Below are positions 18,080 to 26,796 of a stretch of DNA of 32,000 nt, one piece after another. Source of the stretch: Candidatus Nanopusillus acidilobi (GTDB lineage Archaea; Nanobdellota; Nanobdellia; Nanobdellales; Nanobdellaceae); NCBI GenBank assembly GCA_001552015.1, contig CP010514.1, positions 420,001-452,000 on the forward strand, read 5' to 3'. Below the pieces are notes generated by a model. The model searched no databases, was not told the origin of the DNA, and saw only the letters and a list, made by a program, of their open reading frames with translations. How positions within the stretch are numbered: position 1 is the stretch's first letter; the number at the start of each line of letters is the position of its first letter. Both the position numbers and the translations under genes were made by a program.

Positions 18080-19228
18080 TTATTTTTTAATTTCTATTAA
18101 AAATCCTTTAAGATATGACAATTCTTTATGAGGAAATATAACTTTATGATCTAAAGCCTGATTAAATTTATACAATATTTCAAATTTCTTATTTTTTCTC
18201 CTTATTAATGTTCTAATTAATGAATAAAATTTTCTTTCATTCAAATCCTGAGAACATGAAAATGTTATTAAATATCCTTCATCAATTAAATCTAAAGCAA
18301 TAGAATTTATTAATATAAAACTCCTAATCCCCTTTTCATAATTTTCTGCCAATAAATCTGGAGGATCCAATATAATTATATCAAATTTTCTTTTTTCTAA
18401 ATAAAATTGCTTTAATATTCTATATGCATTATCATTTATAACATTATAATTTTCTATATTATTTAATTTCAAATTCTTATATAACATACTAATTGATTCT
18501 TTATTTTTTTCAATAAAATATTTTTCTTCTCCATTAATAATTATACCAAAAGGTCCTGAATAAGAAAATACATCCAAAATTTTATCTCCATATAATTGAT
18601 TTACAATCTTTCTATTTTCTCTTTGATCTAAAAACCATCCCGTCTTTTGTCCTTTTAATATATTTACATAAAATTTTTTATTGACTTCTTCTATTTCAGT
18701 TTCATATTTATTTCCATAAATAAATCTTTCTATAGGTTTTAAATATGATCTTTCTCTCTGTTTTCCAATACTTTTTTCATAAATTGTAATATTTTTCCCA
18801 TATATATCTATTAATGAATCCTTAATTAGATTAATATTTTTATCAAAAAATGCATTTGAATTTTGTATTACAAATATATCATTATATTTATCTATAATTA
18901 AACCTGATAAAAAATCGGATTCTGAATATACTAATCTATAATGATTTTTATAATTTATTGTTTTTTCTCTATATTCTTTTGCTTTCTTTATTTTTTCCTT
19001 TATTTCATTATATATATCTATATTCTCATTATATGAAAATATTCTAATATAATGATATTGATCTTTTGGATTTATTATTCCCCAAGCTAGAAAATTATTA
19101 TTATATTTTAATTTAACCAATTCTCCAGGTTCAGCTTCAATTTTTTTAATCCAATTTGTAGAAAAAACCTGTCTTCCCTTTTTTATCTCTCTTTTTACCC
19201 TTTCCCCAACTTTAATTTCATATTGCAT
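18080..19228 (-). CDS. Class I SAM-dependent rRNA (cytosine-C5-)methyltransferase, RlmI/YccW-like
   Basis: N-terminal PUA-like; GQKTGWFLDQRENR, LDVFSYSGPFGI, FDIIILDPPDL, ITFSCSQDL, LKGFLIEIK. Starts within 11 nt of the preceding gene's stop. Confidence 0.9.
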   Translation of the reverse strand: MQYEIKVGERVKREIKKGRQVFSTNWIKKIEAEPGELVKLKYNNNFLAWGIINPKDQYHYIRIFSYNENIDIYNEIKEKIKKAKEYREKTINYKNHYRLVYSESDFLSGLIIDKYNDIFVIQNSNAFFDKNINLIKDSLIDIYGKNITIYEKSIGKQRERSYLKPIERFIYGNKYETEIEEVNKKFYVNILKGQKTGWFLDQRENRKIVNQLYGDKILDVFSYSGPFGIIINGEEKYFIEKNKESISMLYKNLKLNNIENYNVINDNAYRILKQFYLEKRKFDIIILDPPDLLAENYEKGIRSFILINSIALDLIDEGYLITFSCSQDLNERKFYSLIRTLIRRKNKKFEILYKFNQALDHKVIFPHKELSYLKGFLIEIKK

Positions 19229-20543
19229 ATTCTGTTGATAATATTAAATAATACAAACCCGAATCTATATTACCCATATCTATTAAATCTTTTCCAAATT
19301 GTAAATAATTGTAAGAAGTTATAGAAAATCCATATTTATTATAGTAGTAATAATCTAACTGCTCTATTGCTTCTATAGTATAATTACTAACATAATTTGT
19401 ACTATTACTTATATATAAGAAATATAAATTAGATAAATAGTCCATTTTTTCAAAACAAGATAGATTTAATGGCAATTGATATTGATATAAATATTGTATT
19501 AACGTATATTGTTGATCTATTAATGAACATTCATTTTCTTTATATATATTATTTGTTATTGATAAAAATTGTGCCCAACCAACTGCAGAATAATATCTCC
19601 AATATGCTTCTTGTAAATTATTCAAAGTTTCATTTGCATCTTCTAATCTTGATATTACTTGATATTTTATTTCTTCACATTCATAATTTCCAAAGCATTG
19701 ATAATTATTTATATAATTATAAAAATCTGTTATATTTTTTTCTAATTCTTCTTCAGTTATATTTGGATAAAATTTTGGGTTAGTAACTTTTTGTTCAAAA
19801 CATAAACTTGCTGCTGTATAATAATCTCCTAAGGAAATATAATAATTTACAGTACTATTATTTATTCCACTACATATTTCATTCGTTATATTTTTCATAA
19901 CATCAATATAATCCTGAGGAACATTATATGTATTATTAAATTGCTCTCCTAAATATATATTTTCTAAATTAAGTATTGTATACGCTGGTATTATTTTAGA
20001 ATTATTATAATATGGAGCTACCATATATGGAAAATATTGTAAAGTTGCACTTAGTTTATATTTAATACCTTCAACTGGTGCTATTATTCCATTTGGTAAC
20101 ATAAAACCTGTAATTGGATAATTAACTATTGCAGTTTTATTTAATAAAGCTTCTAAAATAAGTAAAGTCAATCCTGCAGTACCAGAAAATCCTTCTGCAA
20201 ACAATACATCATTTGAACTAAAATAATAATCATAATCATTACATCTATTTGGATATAAATTACACACAGCAACCTTCGCAAATAAATATGCTAAATTATA
20301 GTTATCATAAAATACAGGGGGTATTGAAGCATATACTCTTCCAGAACCTGGAGATATTCTTAAGAAAAATTGTGTAACTTCTCCAGATAAATTATTTGAT
20401 TGATTTAGAACTGCAGGAATATATACCGAATATTCATTGCTATATAAAAAGCTAGACCTTTCATTATATAATAAAAAAGCTAATAGAAATGCTATCAATA
20501 CTATAGATAATGTAATTGCATATCTTTTATTCATTTTATTCAA
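19218..20543 (-). CDS. Predicted archaeal membrane-anchored/secreted Lon-like serine protease (COG1750-like)
   Basis: N-terminal signal/TM segment; FAEGFSGTAGLTLLILEALLNKTAIVNYPITGFMLPNGIIAPVEGIKYKLSA resembles the Lon (S16) Ser/Lys dyad region (EG.S...; G.I.PVGGI..K). Downstream part unique, Tyr/Asn-rich. Confidence 0.7.
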   Translation of the reverse strand: MNKMNKRYAITLSIVLIAFLLAFLLYNERSSFLYSNEYSVYIPAVLNQSNNLSGEVTQFFLRISPGSGRVYASIPPVFYDNYNLAYLFAKVAVCNLYPNRCNDYDYYFSSNDVLFAEGFSGTAGLTLLILEALLNKTAIVNYPITGFMLPNGIIAPVEGIKYKLSATLQYFPYMVAPYYNNSKIIPAYTILNLENIYLGEQFNNTYNVPQDYIDVMKNITNEICSGINNSTVNYYISLGDYYTAASLCFEQKVTNPKFYPNITEEELEKNITDFYNYINNYQCFGNYECEEIKYQVISRLEDANETLNNLQEAYWRYYSAVGWAQFLSITNNIYKENECSLIDQQYTLIQYLYQYQLPLNLSCFEKMDYLSNLYFLYISNSTNYVSNYTIEAIEQLDYYYYNKYGFSITSYNYLQFGKDLIDMGNIDSGLYYLILSTEYAI

Positions 20544-21438
20544 AATAGAGAAAATCTTTATAAATCACATTATCATTCAATTTTAAAGAATCAAGTGATT
20601 CATATAAATTATTTAAATAGGTACTTATTGTTTTTGGATTATATTTTGTTCTAAAATCAATTTTAAAGTAATATATATTTCTCCCATTCATATATATAGT
20701 TTCTTCATCCTTTAACTCCAAATAATAAGCATCATATTTATGTGAATCACTTATAATTCTATTAAAATTCTGTTTTATTATTCTTCTTGCATTATATAAA
20801 TGTTCTATATCTGTAGAATAAAGAATAATACTTCCATGAGATTCGATTCCTTCAATATTTTCAATTAAGCCAAGTTCTATTGTTTTTAATAATAAATATT
20901 GATATATTGCTAATTGAGTTGAAACTGTTCTTACTCTATTGAGAACTTTTTTAATAAGGGACTCGTCTTCTTTTGATTTAGACTTGGTATAAAAGCTAGA
21001 AAGATTAAAAGATTTTATTTCATAAATCTTTGCTTTTTTCATCTTATCTTCAAAATTCAGGCCATCAGGTTCTCCAACCATTAGTATAGGACACCCTTTC
21101 TTATCACATTTATCATAATAATATTCAATAAGATATCCATTATGATATTCAATTGATATTAAATAATATTGCTTAGATTGAGTTCTCAATCTTTCCATAT
21201 TTTCAAAATATTCTGCAAATTCTTTATTTTTTCCTGATCTAATTTCTCCTTTTTCATTAAAATCTTCTAAAAGAAAAGTTGCAGCTACTGTAAGTATATT
21301 TCCATATTTATTTTTTATATTTTTTAAAAATTCGTTTAATTTCTTTAGATATGAATTATCATCATTAGGACTACTAGTTTTCTTATCTATTTTTCTTATT
21401 AAATCATCTAATGTTGTTACTCCCCAATGATTAGACAT
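20536..21438 (-). CDS. Uncharacterised protein with predicted PD-(D/E)XK (RecB/Cas4-like) nuclease motifs
   Basis: GEPDGLNFEDKMKKAKIYEIKSF (D...ExK) followed by VSTQLAIYQYLLLKTIELG (QxxxY motif). Function inferred from motifs only. Confidence 0.6.
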   Translation of the reverse strand: MSNHWGVTTLDDLIRKIDKKTSSPNDDNSYLKKLNEFLKNIKNKYGNILTVAATFLLEDFNEKGEIRSGKNKEFAEYFENMERLRTQSKQYYLISIEYHNGYLIEYYYDKCDKKGCPILMVGEPDGLNFEDKMKKAKIYEIKSFNLSSFYTKSKSKEDESLIKKVLNRVRTVSTQLAIYQYLLLKTIELGLIENIEGIESHGSIILYSTDIEHLYNARRIIKQNFNRIISDSHKYDAYYLELKDEETIYMNGRNIYYFKIDFRTKYNPKTISTYLNNLYESLDSLKLNDNVIYKDFLYFE

Positions 21439-21470
21439 AATTGATAATATTAATATTATCTATTTATAAA

Positions 21471-21554
21471 CGCCGCGGGTGGGATTTGAACCCACGCCCC
21501 CTTTCGGGGAATGGATTAGCAATCCATCCCCTTGGGCCACTCGGGCACCGCGGC
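21471..21554 (-). tRNA. tRNA-Ser (anticodon GCU)
   Basis: Reverse complement: acceptor GCCGCGG/CCGCGGC + G discriminator, anticodon arm GGATTGCTAATCC, long variable arm CCCCGAAAGGGGG, T arm GTGGGTTCAAATCCCAC. Confidence 0.96.
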
Positions 21555-21588
21555 ATATTAAATTTTTTAAAAATTATTATTTATAACT

Positions 21589-21996
21589 TTAAGTTGATAT
21601 GTTATATTCTATATCATATAAAACATTATTAAAAGGATATAATAATTGAATTAATGTTTTATTCTCAATAATTATATTTTTTACATAGCATAATACTGAT
21701 TGATTTGAATGTACTATTTTATTTTCACATGTTAGATTATAAATATCCCCAGTTATATTTAATATAAAATTAGAAGTATTTATATATGGCAATTGATAAT
21801 CAGTTATATTTAAATATAATGTATTATTTACATAACTTACATTATATTGATATGGATTTGGATAAAACGTAATATTTATTGGCATATTTTCTGAACTACC
21901 TAAATTTTTGCTAAACAATTTATAAAAAATTATATAAAATATTACAAAAAATATTACTGTAAACACAATAAATGTTATTATATCTTCTTTTTTCAT
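21589..21996 (-). CDS. Hypothetical single-TM exported/membrane protein (135 aa)
   Basis: N-terminal TM (DIITFIVFTVIFFVIFYIIFYKLF) then Asn/Tyr-rich predicted extracytoplasmic region with many NxS/T sequons. Confidence 0.55.
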   Translation of the reverse strand: MKKEDIITFIVFTVIFFVIFYIIFYKLFSKNLGSSENMPINITFYPNPYQYNVSYVNNTLYLNITDYQLPYINTSNFILNITGDIYNLTCENKIVHSNQSVLCYVKNIIIENKTLIQLLYPFNNVLYDIEYNIST

Positions 21997-22032
21997 TTAA
22001 AATTTTTTAAGAATAAAACTTAAAAAATATTA

Positions 22033-22239
22033 ATGAAAAAAATAAGAGTATTTATTGAAAGATACTTTACTGAGAATGATATTGAATTTAATGGAAATAC
22101 TGTAAAAGATTTACTAAATATGCTAAACTTAGATTCTTCAAGATTTATTGTTGTAAAAAATGGGGAAATTGTAACAGAAGATGATATAATAAATGATGGG
22201 GATTATATAAAAATATTGGATTCTGTTTCTGGAGGATAA
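22033..22239 (+). CDS. Small ubiquitin-like/MoaD-ThiS family protein with C-terminal GG (SAMP-like)
   Basis: 68 aa, beta-grasp style sequence ending ...DGDYIKILDSVSGG* at the C-terminus. Confidence 0.75.
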   Translation: MKKIRVFIERYFTENDIEFNGNTVKDLLNMLNLDSSRFIVVKNGEIVTEDDIINDGDYIKILDSVSGG

Positions 22240-22270
22240 ACTTATAATATCTAAAATATTTTTCTATTTT

Positions 22271-23188
22271 ATGTATGACCCATTTTATTTAGATTATTAT
22301 TCAATAACTAAAAAATATGAAAATCTTGAGGAATTAGATTACAAAAAGGCATTAATATCTGGAATGGGGGGATCTGGAATTTATGGAGATTATACAAAAC
22401 AAATATTAAATGATAAAGAAATAGTTGTTTGTAAAGATTATTTTTTACCAAAATTTATTGATAAAGATTGGTTAACAATATTTATATCATATTCAGGAGA
22501 TACTGAAGAAACATTAAATTGTATGAATGAAGCAATAAATAATGGAAACAAAATTATAGCAATTTCTTCTGGAGGAGAAATGGAAAAAATAGCTAAAGAA
22601 AAAAATCTATATTATATAAAAATTGATAATATCTATCCAGCAACAAGGTATACATTTCCAGTAATTTTGGGAATAATTTTGTCAATATTAGATAAGAAAA
22701 AATATTATGAACTATTAGAAATATTAAAAGACTATAGAGAAAGATTAAAGGATCTGTCAATATTTGTAAATGATGTAAAAAATCCAATAATGATTTATAC
22801 TGATGTAAAACATGAACCTGTTGCTTTAGCATTAAAAATGCATCTAAATGAAGATGCAAAATGGTTCTCTGAATATGGAATAATTTCAGAATATAATCAT
22901 CATGATTTAGAAGGTATATCAAAATTAAATATAGATTTTATTTTATTAAAATTTAATTATTATGAAAGAATTGAATATAGAATAAATTATATGAAAGATC
23001 TGTTGGAAATGTATGGAAATAATGTTCTTTTATTTGATCTAAAATATAGAAATTTAATGGAAGAATTAGTTTTAGGTACATTATCATTAAGGACTTTTAC
23101 ATTGAAATTAGCAGAAAAGAATAATGTAGATCCTTATCATAGTAAAAACATTGCTGGATTAAAAGCATTTTTAAAAAATATTAAATAG
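22271..23188 (+). CDS. Bifunctional phosphoglucose/phosphomannose isomerase
   Basis: ALISGMGGSGIYGDYTK, IFISYSGDTEETLNCMNEAI, YPATRYTFPVILGIIL, LNEDAKWFSEYGIISEYNHHDLEG. Confidence 0.9.
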   Translation: MYDPFYLDYYSITKKYENLEELDYKKALISGMGGSGIYGDYTKQILNDKEIVVCKDYFLPKFIDKDWLTIFISYSGDTEETLNCMNEAINNGNKIIAISSGGEMEKIAKEKNLYYIKIDNIYPATRYTFPVILGIILSILDKKKYYELLEILKDYRERLKDLSIFVNDVKNPIMIYTDVKHEPVALALKMHLNEDAKWFSEYGIISEYNHHDLEGISKLNIDFILLKFNYYERIEYRINYMKDLLEMYGNNVLLFDLKYRNLMEELVLGTLSLRTFTLKLAEKNNVDPYHSKNIAGLKAFLKNIK

Positions 23189-23248
23189 AAGTCTATTTCT
23201 GATTTTGTTGATGATAATTTTTTTAACTTATAAATCAATATTTAGTTT

Positions 23249-23812
23249 ATGGAATGGTATAATAAAGATGAAATGAAAAAGTTAATAACTAGGAAAAACT
23301 CTGTCCTTGTAGTATGGGATGTACAAGAAGCTCTAGTTAACTCAATATTTAATAAAGACGAATTTCTTGCCAAACTTAAAGAATTAATTGACTCTGCCAG
23401 GCAATACAATATCCCAATAGTTTACACCAAAATAACACCCTTACCAGAAAGATTTCAACCTCCATACTTAAAAAGAACGTTTAATCCAGGCGACATAGTC
23501 AAAGAAGTATATCCTAAAGAAAATGATATAATACTAAATAAAAACACGTCTTCTATATTTGTAGGGACTAACTTTGAGCTTATGTTAAGAAATGCTGGGA
23601 TAAATGTTATTGTTTTCACAGGAATTGCTACAGAGATCGGAGTAGAGACATCAGCAAGACATGCCCAAGCTTTAGGATTCTTACCAGTAATAGCTAGAGA
23701 AGCAGTATCTTCATCTGACAAACAAGCTCATGAAAGATCTTTAGCTAACATGAGTAAATTAATGTTAGTTCTAGATAATAAAGAAATAATAGAAAGGTGG
23801 AGTTCTGAATAA
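23249..23812 (+). CDS. Isochorismatase-fold (cysteine hydrolase-like) protein
   Basis: [12 protein letters not shown] (D), [11 protein letters not shown] (K), [31 protein letters not shown]. The usual catalytic Cys position reads Gly. Confidence 0.88.
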   Translation: MEWYNKDEMKKLITRKNSVLVVWDVQEALVNSIFNKDEFLAKLKELIDSARQYNIPIVYTKITPLPERFQPPYLKRTFNPGDIVKEVYPKENDIILNKNTSSIFVGTNFELMLRNAGINVIVFTGIATEIGVETSARHAQALGFLPVIAREAVSSSDKQAHERSLANMSKLMLVLDNKEIIERWSSE

Positions 23813-23873
23813 TTGAAATTTTTTAAATCATTTCAAACTTTATTAATCATAATAATTAGTACTTAAGTAGCTA

Positions 23874-23882
23874 TTTATAAAC
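23874..23882 (+). promoter_or_regulatory. Putative TATA box (TTTATAAAC) 31 nt upstream of the GNAT ATG
   Basis: Same spacing pattern as other boxes in this window. Confidence 0.5.
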
Positions 23883-23904
23883 ACAATCTTTATCTAAAAT
23901 AGAT

Positions 23905-24459
23905 ATGAAAATAGAAATAGATGGTAAATTATTGCACATAATAGAAGGATCAAGTGAAAGAGTTAAAGATTATTTAGATTTTATGAATAGACTTTCTCAA
24001 GATCCTGACAATTATACATTAAGTAGATATAGTAAAATAGATGAACAGAAAATTATTGATGGATCCAAATCTTGGGGAAAAAGTACTATTATGATATTGG
24101 CATACAATGATTCTAAAGTTGTAGGCTTTTTTCAAGCAACACGTGGTAAATATTTTGGTCTTGAGAGACAATTTCATATTGCAGAAATAGCCTATGCAGT
24201 AGATAAAGAATTCAGAGGTAAAGGATTAATATATGTTCTCTTTAATGAAGCAATAAAAAGACTTGAAGGTGTAAAAATACTTACCGCATGGGTAGATGAA
24301 AGGAATATAAGATCCAGGAAACTTCTAATAAAATTAGGATTTAAAGAAGCCTGCAAAATTAATGAATTCATATACTCCCAGATAGAGAAAACATTCTGTA
24401 ATCTTATAATGTATGTAGGAAATATAGATATAGTCAAGACTAAATTAGAAAGGAGCTAG
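23905..24459 (+). CDS. GNAT family N-acetyltransferase
   Basis: EIAYAVDKEFRGKGLIYVLFNEAIKRLEGVKILTAWVDERNIRSRKLLIKLGFKEACKI. Confidence 0.88.
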   Translation: MKIEIDGKLLHIIEGSSERVKDYLDFMNRLSQDPDNYTLSRYSKIDEQKIIDGSKSWGKSTIMILAYNDSKVVGFFQATRGKYFGLERQFHIAEIAYAVDKEFRGKGLIYVLFNEAIKRLEGVKILTAWVDERNIRSRKLLIKLGFKEACKINEFIYSQIEKTFCNLIMYVGNIDIVKTKLERS

Positions 24460-24637
24460 CAAAGAGAAATTATAATTTATATGAAGAATAATTTATATTA
24501 ATAGATTAAATTAGAATTTAAATATTTCAAATTTCTATGAAATTTTTACTTTATCAATAAAAGATTTTTTCGAAAAAGAGTACTACTCCATCTTTTTAAC
24601 TCAAAAAAATAGTAAACAAAAAAGGAAAAATAATTTT

Positions 24638-25522
24638 TTAAGAACTAATATACTTCCATGATAAAATTATACCAACTATAGAGAGAACTGTAGCAAATAC
24701 TACTAGATATATAAAATCTATTGTTAGATTTGTTTGTATACCTAGCAACATTCCCCTTATTACTGCATTTGAATAAGTTAATGGATTTATCTCAGCAATT
24801 GGTTTTAACCAGGAAGGCATTGAATTTACAGGATAAAATGCATTACTGGTAAATAGTAATGGCAGATTGAGTAAGTTCATAACTGCCATTTGTGACTCCC
24901 ATGAACTTGCTCTAATAGCTATCATCAAAAATAGAGAAGAAAGTCCAAAGGACATCAAGAATAAAGCAGCATAAGCTCCAAGAAAGTCAAAGATATTTAT
25001 CCCTGGATAAAATGACATCCCTAACAATACTGCCACAACTAATACAATAGTAGCTTGTACTAAAGATCTAATTACTGAAGATAATACTTTACTTATAATT
25101 ATGTTACTCCTTGATACTGGGGTTGTTAAAAGCCTATCTAGTACTCCCAACCTTCTATCCCATACCATTGACATACCACTTTGCATTGAAGTAAACAAAG
25201 ATATAAAAGATAACATTCCAGCAGCTAGGTAAGAAAAATAATCTGTTGTTCCAAAGGTTTGTTTCAATATTTCCTGCCCGATTTGATCAATTATACTTTT
25301 AGGTATATTCAACCCAGGTATTGAAATAGCTGTACCAGAGAAAAGACTTCCTATATTCATAGCTTTACCGAACAATGCTATCCAAAATATTGGTTGTATA
25401 ATAGATAATAAAAGAATTACTGGAGCCTTATACCATTTCTTTAACTCCCTGTTTGTTAAAGTCCACAAACCATGGAGAGGAGATCTATCTACTTCCTCTC
25501 TCTTTTGTATTTCTTCAACCAT
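24638..25522 (-). CDS. ABC-2 type transporter permease
   Basis: ABC-2 membrane family: TNRELKKWYKAPVILLLSIIQPIFWIALFG..., MVWDRRLGVLDRLLTTPVSRSNIIISKVLS, NPLTYSNAVIRGML; 2 nt from the upstream ATPase gene. Confidence 0.93.
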   Translation of the reverse strand: MVEEIQKREEVDRSPLHGLWTLTNRELKKWYKAPVILLLSIIQPIFWIALFGKAMNIGSLFSGTAISIPGLNIPKSIIDQIGQEILKQTFGTTDYFSYLAAGMLSFISLFTSMQSGMSMVWDRRLGVLDRLLTTPVSRSNIIISKVLSSVIRSLVQATIVLVVAVLLGMSFYPGINIFDFLGAYAALFLMSFGLSSLFLMIAIRASSWESQMAVMNLLNLPLLFTSNAFYPVNSMPSWLKPIAEINPLTYSNAVIRGMLLGIQTNLTIDFIYLVVFATVLSIVGIILSWKYISS

Positions 25523-25524
25523 CT

Positions 25525-26520
25525 TTATCCTCTAGCTCTTCTTAAAGTTCTTCTCATTGCAAATACTTCCTTTGAATCAGCCTCTTCATCTCTCATTTTT
25601 CTACCTGTATACTCCATATAAACCTCATCCATTGTAGGCTCTGTTATTGACATTTTAGTTACTTTAACTCCATTCCTTATTAATCTTTCAAGAATTTTGG
25701 GAGCCATTTCTTCTCCATCCTTTACTTTTATCCTTAGCATATTATCAACTTTCTTTATATCTAATATACCATCAAGATTTTGTAATAACTTCATAGCTTC
25801 ATCATCATTTGAAGTACTTAAAGTAATTACATCACCTCCTATACTTTCTTTTAATTCTTTAGGTGATCCTATAGCAAGTATCTTACCATGATCAATTATA
25901 GCTATTCTATCAGCGTAAAGATCAGCTTCCTCTAAGTAATGGGTAGTAACAAATATAGTCATACCATATTCTTTTTTAAGCTTCATAATATAGTTCCAAA
26001 TTGCACTTCTAGTTTGGGCATCCAAACCTATAGTTGGTTCATCTAAGAATAAAATCTTTGGTCTACTAATTAAAGACATTGCTATTTCTAATCTCCTTCT
26101 CATTCCTCCACTATATGTTTGTACTTTTCTATTCATTGCTTGAGTTAATTCAACCATATCTAATAACTCCTTAGCTCTTTCTTTAGCCACATCCTTCTTT
26201 ATACCATAAAGCCCGGCCATCATCATCATATTTTCCCATCCTGTTAAATCCTCATCTGCAGTGAATTCTTGAGGTACTACTCCAATAGAATTCCTTACTT
26301 TTGCTGGTTCTTTAATTATATCATAACCATTAACTATAGCAGTTCCTTCAGTAGGTTTTAATACAGTAGTTAGCATTTTTATTGTAGTTGATTTTCCAGC
26401 ACCATTAGGTCCTAGGAAACCAAATATTTCTCCCTCTTTAACTTCAAAATTTATATGATCAACTGCTATAAACTTACCAAAAGCCTTAGTAAGGTTTATT
26501 GCCTTTATTGCTTCACCCAC
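25525..26520 (-). CDS. ABC transporter ATP-binding protein (DrrA/CcmA-like)
   Basis: GPNGAGKSTTIKMLTT (Walker A), YSGGMRRRLEIAMSL (signature), ILFLDEPTIGLD (Walker B), FVTTHYLEEA. Confidence 0.97.
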   Translation of the reverse strand: MGEAIKAINLTKAFGKFIAVDHINFEVKEGEIFGFLGPNGAGKSTTIKMLTTVLKPTEGTAIVNGYDIIKEPAKVRNSIGVVPQEFTADEDLTGWENMMMMAGLYGIKKDVAKERAKELLDMVELTQAMNRKVQTYSGGMRRRLEIAMSLISRPKILFLDEPTIGLDAQTRSAIWNYIMKLKKEYGMTIFVTTHYLEEADLYADRIAIIDHGKILAIGSPKELKESIGGDVITLSTSNDDEAMKLLQNLDGILDIKKVDNMLRIKVKDGEEMAPKILERLIRNGVKVTKMSITEPTMDEVYMEYTGRKMRDEEADSKEVFAMRRTLRRARG

Positions 26521-26796
26521 ATTTATGATTTTATCAATTTTCCTTAAAAGTTTTTCTATTTCTTTTCTATTATATAAAGTTTATTCTACATAAAATAAAT
26601 TTTGTCAGATACTTTTTGCTATTCTAGACATTTAAACATAACAAAAATAAAAGAAAGGATTAAATATACTTTATCTTTTTCTAATCTATTATAAGCCAAC
26701 TTAAAAATAACAGTTCTTCCAATAGAATATAGAAAAATTTTATATAACGATTAATGAATAAATAATAACCTGAGAGAAAATGGAATATTATATAAA

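Noticed and set aside
20536-21438. Possible cas4 as part of a CRISPR-Cas locus
   Set aside because: No repeat-spacer array and no other cas gene is visible, and the cysteine pattern does not clearly match Cas4; kept only as a predicted PD-(D/E)XK protein.
21441-21632. Plus-strand 63-aa ORF over tRNA-Ser
   Set aside because: Contains the classic spurious 'GWDLNPRPLSGNGLAIHPLG' translation of an antisense Ser tRNA.
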